Virus record (IMG/VR): IMGVR_UViG_3300036770_006296
Coordinates: 124,001 to 188,000 of that record
DNA length: 64,000 nt
Reading direction: 5' to 3' (one strand)
This document shows positions 27,699-36,943 of this stretch, one piece after another. Under the pieces are notes generated by a model. The model ran no database searches and had not been told where the DNA came from. It saw only the letters and a program-made list of their open reading frames with translations. Position 1 is the first letter of the stretch; every line of letters begins with the position of its first letter. The translations under genes were made by a program, and so were the position numbers.

Positions 27699-28382
27699 AT
27701 GAAGAGGATAAAACTTTTTGAAAATTTTGACAATGAAGGGAAGTACTTATGGCCTGAAGCGGCGCTGTGGATAGAAGAACTTCATCCAGAAGAAATATGT
27801 TTTTTAGCTCTTTATGTTTCAATTGTAGAATACAACAAAAATCTTCCCTATAACAGAAGTACAGAAGATCTGCTTTTTCCTATAAAAACCGATTATAAAA
27901 GTTATGAATTAGAACCGGATTCTTATGACGATGAAGATGGAATTTCTAATTTTGAACTCTATTATGAAATACCATCAAAGAACAAAGAAAATTGTATATT
28001 TTCTATTGATGTTACAGGCAAAGGACATTTCACCCAAATTAGAAGAGGTGGATATATGGAGCCAGACGAAGGGGGTGAACCTATCCTTGATTCAATAGAA
28101 TTTGATTCTGCTTACTATTTAGATTCCAAAGAGGAGACGGAAATAAATTTTTCTGATAACTCTTATATTTTTAAATCTGACATTCTAACAAAAAAAGATC
28201 TAACTAACATAATAGAGTATGCCGCAGCTCAAAGAATAGAAGCTGATGATAATACGGATACTCATAAGCCTTTTATTCCACAAAGATTAATGGACAAGTG
28301 TCAAGAAATTAGAAAGAATCATCCGGATTCAGTAAAAGGTGGTAATTTGCTGAACAGATTTGGAATTTTGGGAACAAACTAG
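27699..28382 (+). CDS. Acidic hypothetical protein, CTS-like N-terminus and C-terminal KGGNLLNRFG motif
   Basis: Start moved to ATG 27699 (MKRIKLFENF) behind GGATATATA. Confidence 0.8.
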   Translation: MKRIKLFENFDNEGKYLWPEAALWIEELHPEEICFLALYVSIVEYNKNLPYNRSTEDLLFPIKTDYKSYELEPDSYDDEDGISNFELYYEIPSKNKENCIFSIDVTGKGHFTQIRRGGYMEPDEGGEPILDSIEFDSAYYLDSKEETEINFSDNSYIFKSDILTKKDLTNIIEYAAAQRIEADDNTDTHKPFIPQRLMDKCQEIRKNHPDSVKGGNLLNRFGILGTN

Positions 28383-28416
28383 AATTTATTAGTATAAGGA
28401 TAGTTAAATCCTTAAA

Positions 28417-28674
28417 ATGAAAAATATATTTTTAGCTCTATCTTTATTTGTTTCTTTATTATCTTTTTCGCAAGATTATAAATTCAACAAATTATCTGTT
28501 GTTTCCCCTAATAGGGATACTCTCTGGCTTCTAAATGACCCGTCGGGAAGGCTAATTGCTTATTCTTGGGAGCTAGAACAAAATCTACCTGAGAAAAAAC
28601 CAGTAATTATTCTTGTTGAATCATTACCAACTATCGAGAAAAAAAAGAAAAAAGGATATATAGAAGGTAATTAA
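28417..28674 (+). CDS. Small secreted protein
   Basis: MKNIFLALSLFVSLLSFSQ, Bacteroidota-like signal peptide. Confidence 0.65.
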   Translation: MKNIFLALSLFVSLLSFSQDYKFNKLSVVSPNRDTLWLLNDPSGRLIAYSWELEQNLPEKKPVIILVESLPTIEKKKKKGYIEGN

Positions 28675-28682
28675 AAACCTTT

Positions 28683-29075
28683 ATGAGACATATACGATTA
28701 TTTGAAAATTTCGACCAGGATAAAACAGTAGACTCATCTGGATTATTATTTGATTGGATTCCCTTTGATACGGAAGTTAATAATCCAATTAATTCTTCAG
28801 TCCCTACAGAAATAACTCCACAGAAACTTATAGAGTATTGCAACGCTAATCCGGAGATAGGTAAAGTAGGTTTGTATATTGCGCATAAAAAAAATCCTGC
28901 TGGGGGATTTACTAGATATGTAACCACTTCAACAAATCCTTTGTTATTAGAATCGGCAATGTTTGATAGCGAGTTTAACAAGATTAATGATGTGAAAGGA
29001 ATAAGTGCAGCATCTCTTGATTCATTTGGGAAGGGAGCTTCAATGATGAACAGATTCGGATTATTCGACAAGTAA
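28683..29075 (+). CDS. Hypothetical protein, CTS-like N-terminus and C-terminal KGASMMNRFG motif
   Basis: MRHIRLFENF; GGATATATA at 28654. Confidence 0.8.
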   Translation: MRHIRLFENFDQDKTVDSSGLLFDWIPFDTEVNNPINSSVPTEITPQKLIEYCNANPEIGKVGLYIAHKKNPAGGFTRYVTTSTNPLLLESAMFDSEFNKINDVKGISAASLDSFGKGASMMNRFGLFDK

Positions 29076-29103
29076 TTATAAGTTATACATATTAAAAAAT
29101 ATT

Positions 29104-29127
29104 AAAACCCGGTAACGGGTTTTTTTT
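29104..29127 (+). terminator. Rho-independent terminator (possibly bidirectional)
   Basis: AAAACCCG-GTAA-CGGGTTTTTTT. Confidence 0.8.
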
Positions 29128-29225
29128 ATGAATTTTTTTTCCTATTTTTTCAAAAAAATATAAACTTTTTTAAAACCCCTGCATATAATATAAGTATAAA
29201 ATAAAAACAATTTAAATTTTTAATT

Positions 29226-29699
29226 ATGGAAAAAAGAGAAGCAAAAATTGAAGCACTTTTGGCTTTAAAGAATGACAAGTCAGTAAAAGCATGGATTGGT
29301 CCTAATCATGTTCTTTTCAAGGACAGTGACGAAAATAGGGACATGTTCCTTACTACTTATCGAATTAGAAATGCCTATGAGGAACTGCTATTAAAATTAG
29401 AAGTTAATGAGGAAGTTACAGAAGAAAGAGATCTTCTATTAATCAAAAGGTTTTTTGAAATGATGTTTTATCCACCTAGAAAAATGAGCATCAGCGATTG
29501 GAAAAACGGAAGAGATCCTATTGTTAAAATAGTAAAGGCTTATAAGGATGTTAGATGGAAAGGTAACAGAAGAAGAAAACATGAAATAACTCTTTTATTA
29601 GATGACGGAAAAAAGATACAAATTAATCCAGGGGATGTTTTGAATAAGTTTTTCCATATATGGGGAAATTTCGATTCACTTATAAATTCTAAGTTATAA
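29226..29699 (+). CDS. Hypothetical protein
   Basis: 157-aa ORF between two terminators. Confidence 0.75.
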   Translation: MEKREAKIEALLALKNDKSVKAWIGPNHVLFKDSDENRDMFLTTYRIRNAYEELLLKLEVNEEVTEERDLLLIKRFFEMMFYPPRKMSISDWKNGRDPIVKIVKAYKDVRWKGNRRRKHEITLLLDDGKKIQINPGDVLNKFFHIWGNFDSLINSKL

Positions 29700-29723
29700 G
29701 TATTTTCTTGTTAATAAAATATT

Positions 29724-29753
29724 AGCCGGCTTCACATTAAGCCGGCTTTTTTT
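29724..29753 (+). terminator. Rho-independent terminator
   Basis: AGCCGGCTT-CACATT-AAGCCGGCT plus T tract. Confidence 0.85.
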
Positions 29754-29805
29754 GCGGGTTTTTTTAAGGCGGGGGGATATATAACCAGTAAATAATTACT
29801 AATTG

Positions 29806-30177
29806 ATGGAAGAATTTGGCCCTCACATAACTATTGATCTAAAAGGATGTCCTAAAGAAACATTATCTAACTACGAGTTACATTTTAATTATCTTAAGAA
29901 TCTTCCGGAATTAATAAGTATGACACCAATAACACAGCCTTATGTGTTTCCTTATTCTGGATTGGTTCCAGAGGATAAAGGTATAACTGGAATAGTTATA
30001 ATAGCCGAGAGCCATATATCTGTACATTCATTTGAAGAGAAAGGATATTGCTTTATTGATATTTTCTCTTGTAAAGATATGGATGTAGAAAGAGCTATAC
30101 AAATAACATTGGATACTTTTAAACCTACTGACTCAGAAATTAATATAGTTAAAAGGGGAAAAGATTTTCCTAGATAG
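29806..30177 (+). CDS. speD: Pyruvoyl-dependent S-adenosylmethionine decarboxylase proenzyme (class 1B) homologue
   Basis: FGPHITIDL; GITGIVIIAESHISVHSF (E-S self-cleavage site); IDIFSCK. Confidence 0.88.
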   Translation: MEEFGPHITIDLKGCPKETLSNYELHFNYLKNLPELISMTPITQPYVFPYSGLVPEDKGITGIVIIAESHISVHSFEEKGYCFIDIFSCKDMDVERAIQITLDTFKPTDSEINIVKRGKDFPR

Positions 30178-30636
30178 TTATTTTTTAAATTTTCTTTTCA
30201 TCTCTTCAATCTCGCTTATGATATTTTTCATATCATTCTTAACTATCACTGTTGATGTGTTTCTTACCGAAGTGGAGGAGGAGTCAACTTTTTTCAATGT
30301 TTCCATATTCATTTGACTTAATATCTTGTTATCCTCTTTTTTAGCTTTGTCCTTTAGATAGTCGAGCATTGTCACAAATTCTTTTTCCCTTTCTAATATT
30401 TCGTTGGTACAACTTTTTTGTTCTTCCCTTATCTTAGTATCTTTTTCGTTTAATTCAGTCTCTAATGACTTTATTTTATTTGTTTTTGCCTCTACTTCCT
30501 CCTTTAGTTCATCTTTACTTTCTATTATAGAAGGACCTATCGTGATTACCACTATGGAGAATAAAATAAGTGAAAGAGCTATCACCTTTTGCGGGGTTGA
30601 AAACTGGGCTAAGATCTCTGCAATATATTTAAACAT
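30178..30636 (-). CDS. Single-TM coiled-coil protein
   Basis: N-terminal TM followed by heptad-rich region. Confidence 0.7.
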   Translation of the reverse strand: MFKYIAEILAQFSTPQKVIALSLILFSIVVITIGPSIIESKDELKEEVEAKTNKIKSLETELNEKDTKIREEQKSCTNEILEREKEFVTMLDYLKDKAKKEDNKILSQMNMETLKKVDSSSTSVRNTSTVIVKNDMKNIISEIEEMKRKFKK

Positions 30637-30676
30637 ATTTTTAGTTGTTATTTGCTGATTCTTAATATATACTCAT

Positions 30677-30985
30677 ATGGCCAATATAATTAAAGGAAAT
30701 TTAGAAATAATGGGACAGGATCTTCCTGGTAAGATGTCATGGACCAGTGTTCCTGCTCAATTAGAGTTATTAGGGGGAAATGGATGGAGACTTCCTTATG
30801 AAAGTGAATTTTTAGAGATCTTCCAGCTATATAAACTTGGTATTGGTGGATTTAAGCCATCACGATATTGGTCATACTCATCGTATCTTAATAAAGCTTG
30901 GTATTATGATCTTAGCGTGGGATATTCTCCACACATCATAGATAAAACTAACCTGTATTACGTTAGACTTGTTAGAGACATCTAG
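30677..30985 (+). CDS. DUF1566 (Lcl C-terminal-like) protein
   Basis: GWRLP..SE...YWS...AWY.D...YYVRLVR. Confidence 0.8.
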   Translation: MANIIKGNLEIMGQDLPGKMSWTSVPAQLELLGGNGWRLPYESEFLEIFQLYKLGIGGFKPSRYWSYSSYLNKAWYYDLSVGYSPHIIDKTNLYYVRLVRDI

Positions 30986-31002
30986 AAATAGATAACAGAT
31001 CC

Positions 31003-31218
31003 TTAACTTGAATTCCTCATACGGAAAAGATTTTTTCTGACTGACTTATCTAAATCCTCAGAAGTTGTTCTTAATCCTTTATCGTATATGTTAGAAAGGG
31101 ATCTTGCTACTTTGTTTTGATCGAGAATTATCTCCCATCTGGGATCTTTTTCCTTGTTGATGATTTCCTCTGCTATTTCTTTGCCTAGCTCTTCAACTTT
31201 TTTTTCGTATGCTCTCAT
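31003..31218 (-). CDS. Small hypothetical protein
   Basis: 71-aa ORF co-oriented with neighbours. Confidence 0.6.
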   Translation of the reverse strand: MRAYEKKVEELGKEIAEEIINKEKDPRWEIILDQNKVARSLSNIYDKGLRTTSEDLDKSVRKNLFRMRNSS

Positions 31219-31245
31219 AATATTTTATACCAGATGATTCTGGTT

Positions 31246-31560
31246 TTATTTCATCTGGTTGTATATTTTTTGCAAATCCCCAACAATCCAGTCTTCGGGG
31301 TATCCATCATCTTTAGAATTTTCTATAGCATCACTTATTATTGAGATGTATTTATACTCCTCGCTTCTACGATTAAATTTAGGAGTGTTTTCTTGACCAT
31401 TATAGTAGTTTAGTATATCTTTGATTGTGGATTTTAAAACATAAAGATCCGCGCCAAGTTCTATAGCTTTATTTATTTTTTTAGAAATAGCTGTGTAAGG
31501 ATCTTCTGATCCTGGATGGAATTCGTATAATTTTAAAAATTCTTTGTATTTAGTTAGCAT
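31246..31560 (-). CDS. Hypothetical protein, CTS-like N-terminus (paralog of next gene)
   Basis: MLTKYKEFLKLYEFHPG. Confidence 0.75.
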   Translation of the reverse strand: MLTKYKEFLKLYEFHPGSEDPYTAISKKINKAIELGADLYVLKSTIKDILNYYNGQENTPKFNRRSEEYKYISIISDAIENSKDDGYPEDWIVGDLQKIYNQMK

Positions 31561-31561
31561 T

Positions 31562-31918
31562 TTAAAATGAGTATTCTTTTATAATATTCTCTATCTCCTT
31601 CATTATTAGATCCTCGTCGTACCAATCTTCCTCAGCTAATATAAATTTTTGTCTTAGTGAATTTATGGCGGAGTTTAAGTCCGTTCCTATAGAAATACCT
31701 TTTTTTTCTTTAAAATCCATAATGTCTCTGTCACTATAAGCTGTTGCTTTATTTATTTTATAAAAATCTAAATAGAAAGATAAAGCCTCCATAATAACTG
31801 GTATAGTAAATCCTCCATCCATCAATTTTTTTATACCTTCTCGTATCATATCTTGGACAGGAATAGCACCGGGGTGATGTTCATTTATTGACAAGAAATC
31901 CTTGTATTTTTTTATCAT
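31562..31918 (-). CDS. Hypothetical protein, CTS-like N-terminus
   Basis: MIKKYKDFLSINEHHPG; GATATATA upstream on minus strand. Confidence 0.75.
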   Translation of the reverse strand: MIKKYKDFLSINEHHPGAIPVQDMIREGIKKLMDGGFTIPVIMEALSFYLDFYKINKATAYSDRDIMDFKEKKGISIGTDLNSAINSLRQKFILAEEDWYDEDLIMKEIENIIKEYSF

Positions 31919-31974
31919 AGATTATATATCAAGAAATAAAAACCAATTATTAACTATAATTAAATAAAAATAGA

Positions 31975-32955
31975 ATGGTAAAGAAAAAAGGACCTATCAG
32001 TATGTTTATAGAAAGAAACTATAAACACTTTAATGCAGCAGCTCTAAAAGATGCTGCTATAGGATATGAAACACACATCGACGGTGGAGGAAAAATGCTG
32101 GTCTCTCTTGCTGGTGCAATGAGCACAGCAGAACTTGGTATTTCTCTTGCTGAAATGATTAGAGCTGGTAAAGTTGATATTATTTCTTGTACTGGTGCCA
32201 ACCTAGAAGAAGATCTCATGAATCTTGTAGCACATTCACATTACAAGAGAATACCTAATTACAGAGATCTTACCCCAAAAGAGGAGCGTGATTTATTAGA
32301 CAATGGACTTAATAGAGTTACAGATACTTGCATTCCGGAGGAAGAAGCATTCAGAAGACTACAGAATCACATATATGATATATGGAAAAAAGCAGAAAGC
32401 AGAGGAGAAAGACACTTTCCACACAAATACATGTACGAATTAATAAATAGCGGAGTGTTAGAGCAGTACTATGAAATTGATCCTAAGGATTCATGGATGG
32501 TTGCAGCAGCAGAGGTGAATTTACCTATGGTTGTTCCAGGGTGGGAAGATTCCACCTTAGGAAACATCTTTGCTTCGTATGTAATAAAAGGTGACTTGAA
32601 GCACGACACTGTAAAAAACGGGATAGAGTATATGGTTTCTTTAAGCCATTGGTACAGGGAAAATTGTCAAGAGCCAGGAATAGGATTCTTCCAGATAGGT
32701 GGGGGAATTGCCGGGGATTTTCCTATCTGTGTTGTACCTATGATGTACCAAGATCTTGAATGGGAGGATGTACCATTTTGGTCTTATTTCTGTCAAATTT
32801 CGGATTCAACAACATCTTATGGTTCTTATTCAGGAGCAGTACCAAATGAAAAGATTACTTGGGGCAAATTGGACGCAGACACCCCTAAATTTATTGTAGA
32901 ATCGGATGCCACAATAGTTGCTCCCCTGATTTTTTCATGGATATTAAATAAATAG
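31975..32955 (+). CDS. Deoxyhypusine-synthase-like protein (bacterial type)
   Basis: HFNAAAL; ISCTGANLEED; IGGGIAGDF; SYSGAVPNEKITWGK with catalytic Lys position. Confidence 0.9.
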   Translation: MVKKKGPISMFIERNYKHFNAAALKDAAIGYETHIDGGGKMLVSLAGAMSTAELGISLAEMIRAGKVDIISCTGANLEEDLMNLVAHSHYKRIPNYRDLTPKEERDLLDNGLNRVTDTCIPEEEAFRRLQNHIYDIWKKAESRGERHFPHKYMYELINSGVLEQYYEIDPKDSWMVAAAEVNLPMVVPGWEDSTLGNIFASYVIKGDLKHDTVKNGIEYMVSLSHWYRENCQEPGIGFFQIGGGIAGDFPICVVPMMYQDLEWEDVPFWSYFCQISDSTTSYGSYSGAVPNEKITWGKLDADTPKFIVESDATIVAPLIFSWILNK

Positions 32956-33051
32956 AGTTTGAATATATATTAGATGAAAGAGATATACGGCCTATTGATA
33001 TTCTCTATAGTTATTTTATTAGCAGGCTATATCAACATAAAAAAAGAAAAA

Positions 33052-33783
33052 ATGAAGCATCTTAAAAGTATAGATGAATTTAAAATAGCAAATGAACAGC
33101 TTTTTTCTGACGCTAATAAATTTTCTAAGCTCTTCGGATTAGATTCACCATCTAAAGACTCAAGTGATAATAAAGATTCATCTTCAGGAGGGACAGATTC
33201 TTCTGGAGCATCCTCATCAATTTCTGCCAAAACAGAACTTGGTAATTATGGTAAATTTAGTGAAGCATCTAAGAAAAATGCTCCTCTAATTATGGTTTAT
33301 GGAGGTATAGATGTAGGAGGCAAAAAGAGTGGAGAATATATGTATGACTATTTAGGAAAAATAGGAAGCTCCGCTAATATTTTTGTGGCAAAGGATCACA
33401 AAGTAGATGGCAAAGGATCATACAAAGCAGTCAAAGATAAATTGTCTGAAAAATCGATATCGCCTTCTAAAAAAATATTATATCTTTTTTCTGGAGGATA
33501 TAAACCAGGAATGGAATTATTAAATAGTGTTTCGGCTTCAGAGTTCGACTTAATATATCTAGTTGATATTTGGATGGGTAATTCAAAAGTTGCTTCCTTT
33601 TATAAAAATTTAGCAGAGAATAATAGAGGTAAGGTTAGGTATTTTTATAGCGGAGACGGAGCTCAAAATGCAGATGCAAAAAACAGTTTAATTAAAACTC
33701 TGAACTTCTACAAGTCAAATGATCAAAACAATCATATGGCAACAAACACAGATGCCGTCTCTGATCTATCAAATAAATTATAA
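33052..33783 (+). CDS. NEQLF-module protein 2, alpha/beta-hydrolase-like C-terminal domain
   Basis: MKHLKSIDEFKIANEQLFSDANKFSKLFG; Ser linker; LYLFSGG, IYLVD, late His; an in-frame ATG at 32974 would add a 26-aa TM leader. Confidence 0.7.
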   Translation: MKHLKSIDEFKIANEQLFSDANKFSKLFGLDSPSKDSSDNKDSSSGGTDSSGASSSISAKTELGNYGKFSEASKKNAPLIMVYGGIDVGGKKSGEYMYDYLGKIGSSANIFVAKDHKVDGKGSYKAVKDKLSEKSISPSKKILYLFSGGYKPGMELLNSVSASEFDLIYLVDIWMGNSKVASFYKNLAENNRGKVRYFYSGDGAQNADAKNSLIKTLNFYKSNDQNNHMATNTDAVSDLSNKL

Positions 33784-33784
33784 A

Positions 33785-34561
33785 ATGAAACACATAAAGA
33801 ACATACAAGAATTTAATCACCTTTATGAACAGTTATTTGCTGCTGATATTGCAAAATTTAACAAATTGATGGGTATATCAGTGGAAGAAACCGGTATGGA
33901 GGAACCAAATATATCTCCTGCTGAAAATCCTTCTGGTTCAGGGTCAGCCTTTGCTTCTGTTGTTAAACTTAACACCAGTCAGTTAGATGAATATGGATCA
34001 ACTGTTGGGATTAGTGAAAAAGGAGATAATGCTCCATTACAGCAGCCAGCAAGAGGGCCTTTAGGAAATATAGTAAATTCAGCTTATGCTAACTTAAATG
34101 TTTCAACTAGAAAAATACCAGGGACTCTCGGAGGTAATTTAGGTTGTGCAGCAGCAGTTTCCATTATATTTTATAGAGCTACTGGATACGCAATAGCTGG
34201 TTCTGGAGCTATCACACTAGGCACCGCTCACATGTGGAACCATTTTGAAAAAGAAAGCAGAAATCCCAGCGGAGTTTGGCAGAAAATAACTAATTGGAAG
34301 ACTGACTCACAGCCTGGAGATATAATATTAACATCTAGAGGGTCTAAAGCAGGACACGTGGGTGTTGTTGTAGAGGGAGGTAACATTATATCAAATTCTT
34401 CTGGAGGATTCCAAGGAGATAAAAAAGGACAGATCGAGCTAAACTATAATCTAAACACATGGCAAAGTGTTGCTAATAGAAATCCACAGCAAACTGCTTC
34501 TTTTAGATATAAAGGACCCTATAAAAACACCTGGGGTAAAACGGAAAAACCAGTAGCATAG
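33785..34561 (+). CDS. NEQLF-module protein 3, NlpC/P60-like papain-fold domain
   Basis: Start moved to 33785 (MKHIKNIQEFNHLYEQLF); GGNLGCAAAVS (Cys), QPGDIIL, GHVGVV (His), ISNSS. Confidence 0.75.
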   Translation: MKHIKNIQEFNHLYEQLFAADIAKFNKLMGISVEETGMEEPNISPAENPSGSGSAFASVVKLNTSQLDEYGSTVGISEKGDNAPLQQPARGPLGNIVNSAYANLNVSTRKIPGTLGGNLGCAAAVSIIFYRATGYAIAGSGAITLGTAHMWNHFEKESRNPSGVWQKITNWKTDSQPGDIILTSRGSKAGHVGVVVEGGNIISNSSGGFQGDKKGQIELNYNLNTWQSVANRNPQQTASFRYKGPYKNTWGKTEKPVA

Positions 34562-34612
34562 AATCATTTTTTTATTGGTGCTTTAATCTCTATATTTGGA
34601 CAAAAATCATTT

Positions 34613-34837
34613 ATGGGAGAAAAAGTAATCAAGGTAAAAGACAATTACCGAACGAATCCGGAAAGCCACATTCCTGGCGGATCCGTAGTGGAAACCTTTA
34701 ACGATAAAGGTATAAGATTAGTTTACGATAAGATTAAAAATCCGGGCGCATATATCAGGAGAATTACTAAGGATGAATCTATAATCAGGGTATATGTAGA
34801 CGGGGAACTTAAATTCGATAGGAATGGAGAACAGTAA
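34613..34837 (+). CDS. Small hypothetical protein
   Basis: Behind early-type promoter 34561-34598. Confidence 0.7.
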   Translation: MGEKVIKVKDNYRTNPESHIPGGSVVETFNDKGIRLVYDKIKNPGAYIRRITKDESIIRVYVDGELKFDRNGEQ

Positions 34838-35171
34838 ATTTACGGATCTGGTCTACTTTGGACATGATCACTATGGGGAAAAAGCAAACAATGCACAGAA
34901 GGAGGAAAAAGAATTTATAGAAACCCTTAGAGAAAGATTTCCTTCCGTTCAATTTAAGGATGCTTACGATGAGATCAAAGGATTTAGGCAAGAAGTCATT
35001 TTAGAGAAGTCTTTTCAGGACGAATATTATTCGTGGGTATTTGCATTCGGATGGATGGACTACTCACTTAGTACTTGTTTAATGGTTGCAAATATAGACG
35101 GGAAAGATGATGCGAAAAAATACATCAATTTAGCAAAGGCCGAATATCCAGAAAATTTTAAAACCCAATAA
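34824..35171 (+). CDS. Hypothetical protein
   Basis: Overlapping series. Confidence 0.7.
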   Translation: MENSKFTDLVYFGHDHYGEKANNAQKEEKEFIETLRERFPSVQFKDAYDEIKGFRQEVILEKSFQDEYYSWVFAFGWMDYSLSTCLMVANIDGKDDAKKYINLAKAEYPENFKTQ

Positions 35172-35178
35172 AATTAAA

Positions 35179-35685
35179 ATGAAATATCTAGATTATAAAG
35201 TAACAGAGCTACCAGATAGCATAGAGAATCTTTTTTGTAAGCCTCTGGATGAAAGAGGAGAAAGAGTTGGATTAGATGATATACAAATCCAGATTATAAC
35301 TCTAGCAATGGTTTCGTCTAAAGAGAAAACCGACTACATGTACGAGAAGCTAAAGAGCGATAACTATCTCTCACTTATACTGGAGGACCGTCTAAAATCT
35401 ATTAACTGCAAAACTGATAATGGGGTTAAGATATTAATTACATACTCATGTAAATCCCCAGGAGAAGTTGTGATGTACACTTACTACTTAGCATACAAAA
35501 TGAAGGAATTAGGAATAGAATTTTTAGATATGGAGGCACTGTGCTTAGAAGTTTTTCCTAAGGGATTTTTTTCTAGTGAGACATTAGAAAAATATTGGTA
35601 CACACAAAAAGTGGATACAGGGGGTAAAAAGGGCGGAGACAATTTGTTGGACTATAATAAAGCAGCCGAAAGTCTCGTGAAATAA
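35179..35685 (+). CDS. Hypothetical protein
   Basis: 168-aa ORF. Confidence 0.7.
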   Translation: MKYLDYKVTELPDSIENLFCKPLDERGERVGLDDIQIQIITLAMVSSKEKTDYMYEKLKSDNYLSLILEDRLKSINCKTDNGVKILITYSCKSPGEVVMYTYYLAYKMKELGIEFLDMEALCLEVFPKGFFSSETLEKYWYTQKVDTGGKKGGDNLLDYNKAAESLVK

Positions 35686-35720
35686 ATTCTAACTCCTACT
35701 CTATAATAAGTAAAGTCTAT

Positions 35721-35861
35721 ATGGAAAAAGATAAAGACGTTATTAAAGATATTACCAATCTTATTAAGAAGTATCCAAACGATTACGAGCTTGGTAAGAA
35801 AATAAGGGAGATGTTTAGTTCTGTAGTAAAAGACGGGGAAAATAATGAACATCGTAAATGA
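35721..35861 (+). CDS. Small hypothetical protein (46 aa, below track cutoff)
   Basis: MEKDKDVIKDITNLIKKYPNDYELGKKIREM...; stop overlaps next start. Confidence 0.55.
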   Translation: MEKDKDVIKDITNLIKKYPNDYELGKKIREMFSSVVKDGENNEHRK

Positions 35862-36370
35862 TTAAATATTATGCTGGGATAGGCTCAAGAGAAACCCCTC
35901 CGGGTATTGAACCTATGATAGAGGAAATAGTTAAGATCCTTACTAAATTTGGATATGTTCTCCGCTCTGGTGGAGCAGATGGATCTGATTTTATGTTCGA
36001 AAAATATTGTGAGGGTGAAAAAGAAATATATCTTCCCTGGAAAGGATTTAATAAAAACACCTCAGATCTTTATTTAGATAATATGGATCCTGGAATTATA
36101 GAGAGATCCAAAGAGATCGCAAAGAAATTTCATCCCTCTTGGAACTTTTTATCCGATGGAGGAAGAAAACTTATGATCAGGAACACTTTTCAGATTCTAG
36201 GTAAAGATCTAGAAAGTCCAGCTTCTTTTGTTGTGTGTTGGACACCAGGAGGAAAGATATCAGGGGGCACAGGACAAGCTTTAAGGATCGCAAAAAGCTT
36301 ATCCATACCTATATTTAACTTATATGAAAAAGACTGCTTATACAAGCTAAAAATACAAATAAATAAATAA
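35858..36370 (+). CDS. SLOG-superfamily (DprA/Smf/YspA-like) protein
   Basis: YAGIGSRETP; LRSGGADGSD; RN..QILG; GGTGQALRIA. Confidence 0.8.
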   Translation: MIKYYAGIGSRETPPGIEPMIEEIVKILTKFGYVLRSGGADGSDFMFEKYCEGEKEIYLPWKGFNKNTSDLYLDNMDPGIIERSKEIAKKFHPSWNFLSDGGRKLMIRNTFQILGKDLESPASFVVCWTPGGKISGGTGQALRIAKSLSIPIFNLYEKDCLYKLKIQINK

Positions 36371-36943
36371 ATGGCAGACACAATTAACTTACCAAACCCT
36401 AAAGAAAGAAACCTTTTCTTTGACAAACAGGTCTCACAAAGTTCTGTAAATACCCTTTCGAAAGATATCATAGAAATTAACGAGCATGACGAATACATTA
36501 AAAAAATCTATGATGCTCACGACTTAAACTATACTCCTAAACCAATTAAGATCTATATCGATTCTTATGGAGGATATGTTTACCAGTGTCTAGGTTTAGT
36601 TGGTATAATGAGATCCTCTAAAACTCCTATTCATACAATAGTTACTGGGTGTGCAATGTCTTCGGGATTTTTGATAGCTATATCGGGACACAAAAGATTT
36701 GGACATCTTAGATCTACATATTTATATCACCAAGTTGCAGGAGGTGCTTTTGGAAAGGTGAAGGACATGGAAGAAGAACTTGCTGAGATTTTAAGATTAC
36801 AGCAAGCAGTGGAGGAGATAACACTAGAAAGTACTGCTATAACAAAAAAGATGCTAGAGAAAGCATATAGAGGGAAAAAAGACTGGTATATTACATCAGA
36901 ACAAGCAATTAAATTAAAAATAATAGATGAAATAATATCTTAA
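36371..36943 (+). CDS. clpP: ClpP-family protease proteolytic subunit
   Basis: IKIYIDSYGG; GCAMSSG (Ser); YLYHQ (His); KDWY..EQA...IIDEI. Confidence 0.9.
   Translation: MADTINLPNPKERNLFFDKQVSQSSVNTLSKDIIEINEHDEYIKKIYDAHDLNYTPKPIKIYIDSYGGYVYQCLGLVGIMRSSKTPIHTIVTGCAMSSGFLIAISGHKRFGHLRSTYLYHQVAGGAFGKVKDMEEELAEILRLQQAVEEITLESTAITKKMLEKAYRGKKDWYITSEQAIKLKIIDEIIS

Noticed and set aside
30677-30985. DUF1566 gene as a diversity-generating retroelement target
   Set aside because: No reverse transcriptase and no template/variable repeat pair seen in the window.
32974-33051. 26-aa TM leader on NEQLF protein 2
   Set aside because: Ambiguous: it follows a late-type motif, but the other three family members start at the tag, so 33052 was preferred; a dual start is not excluded.
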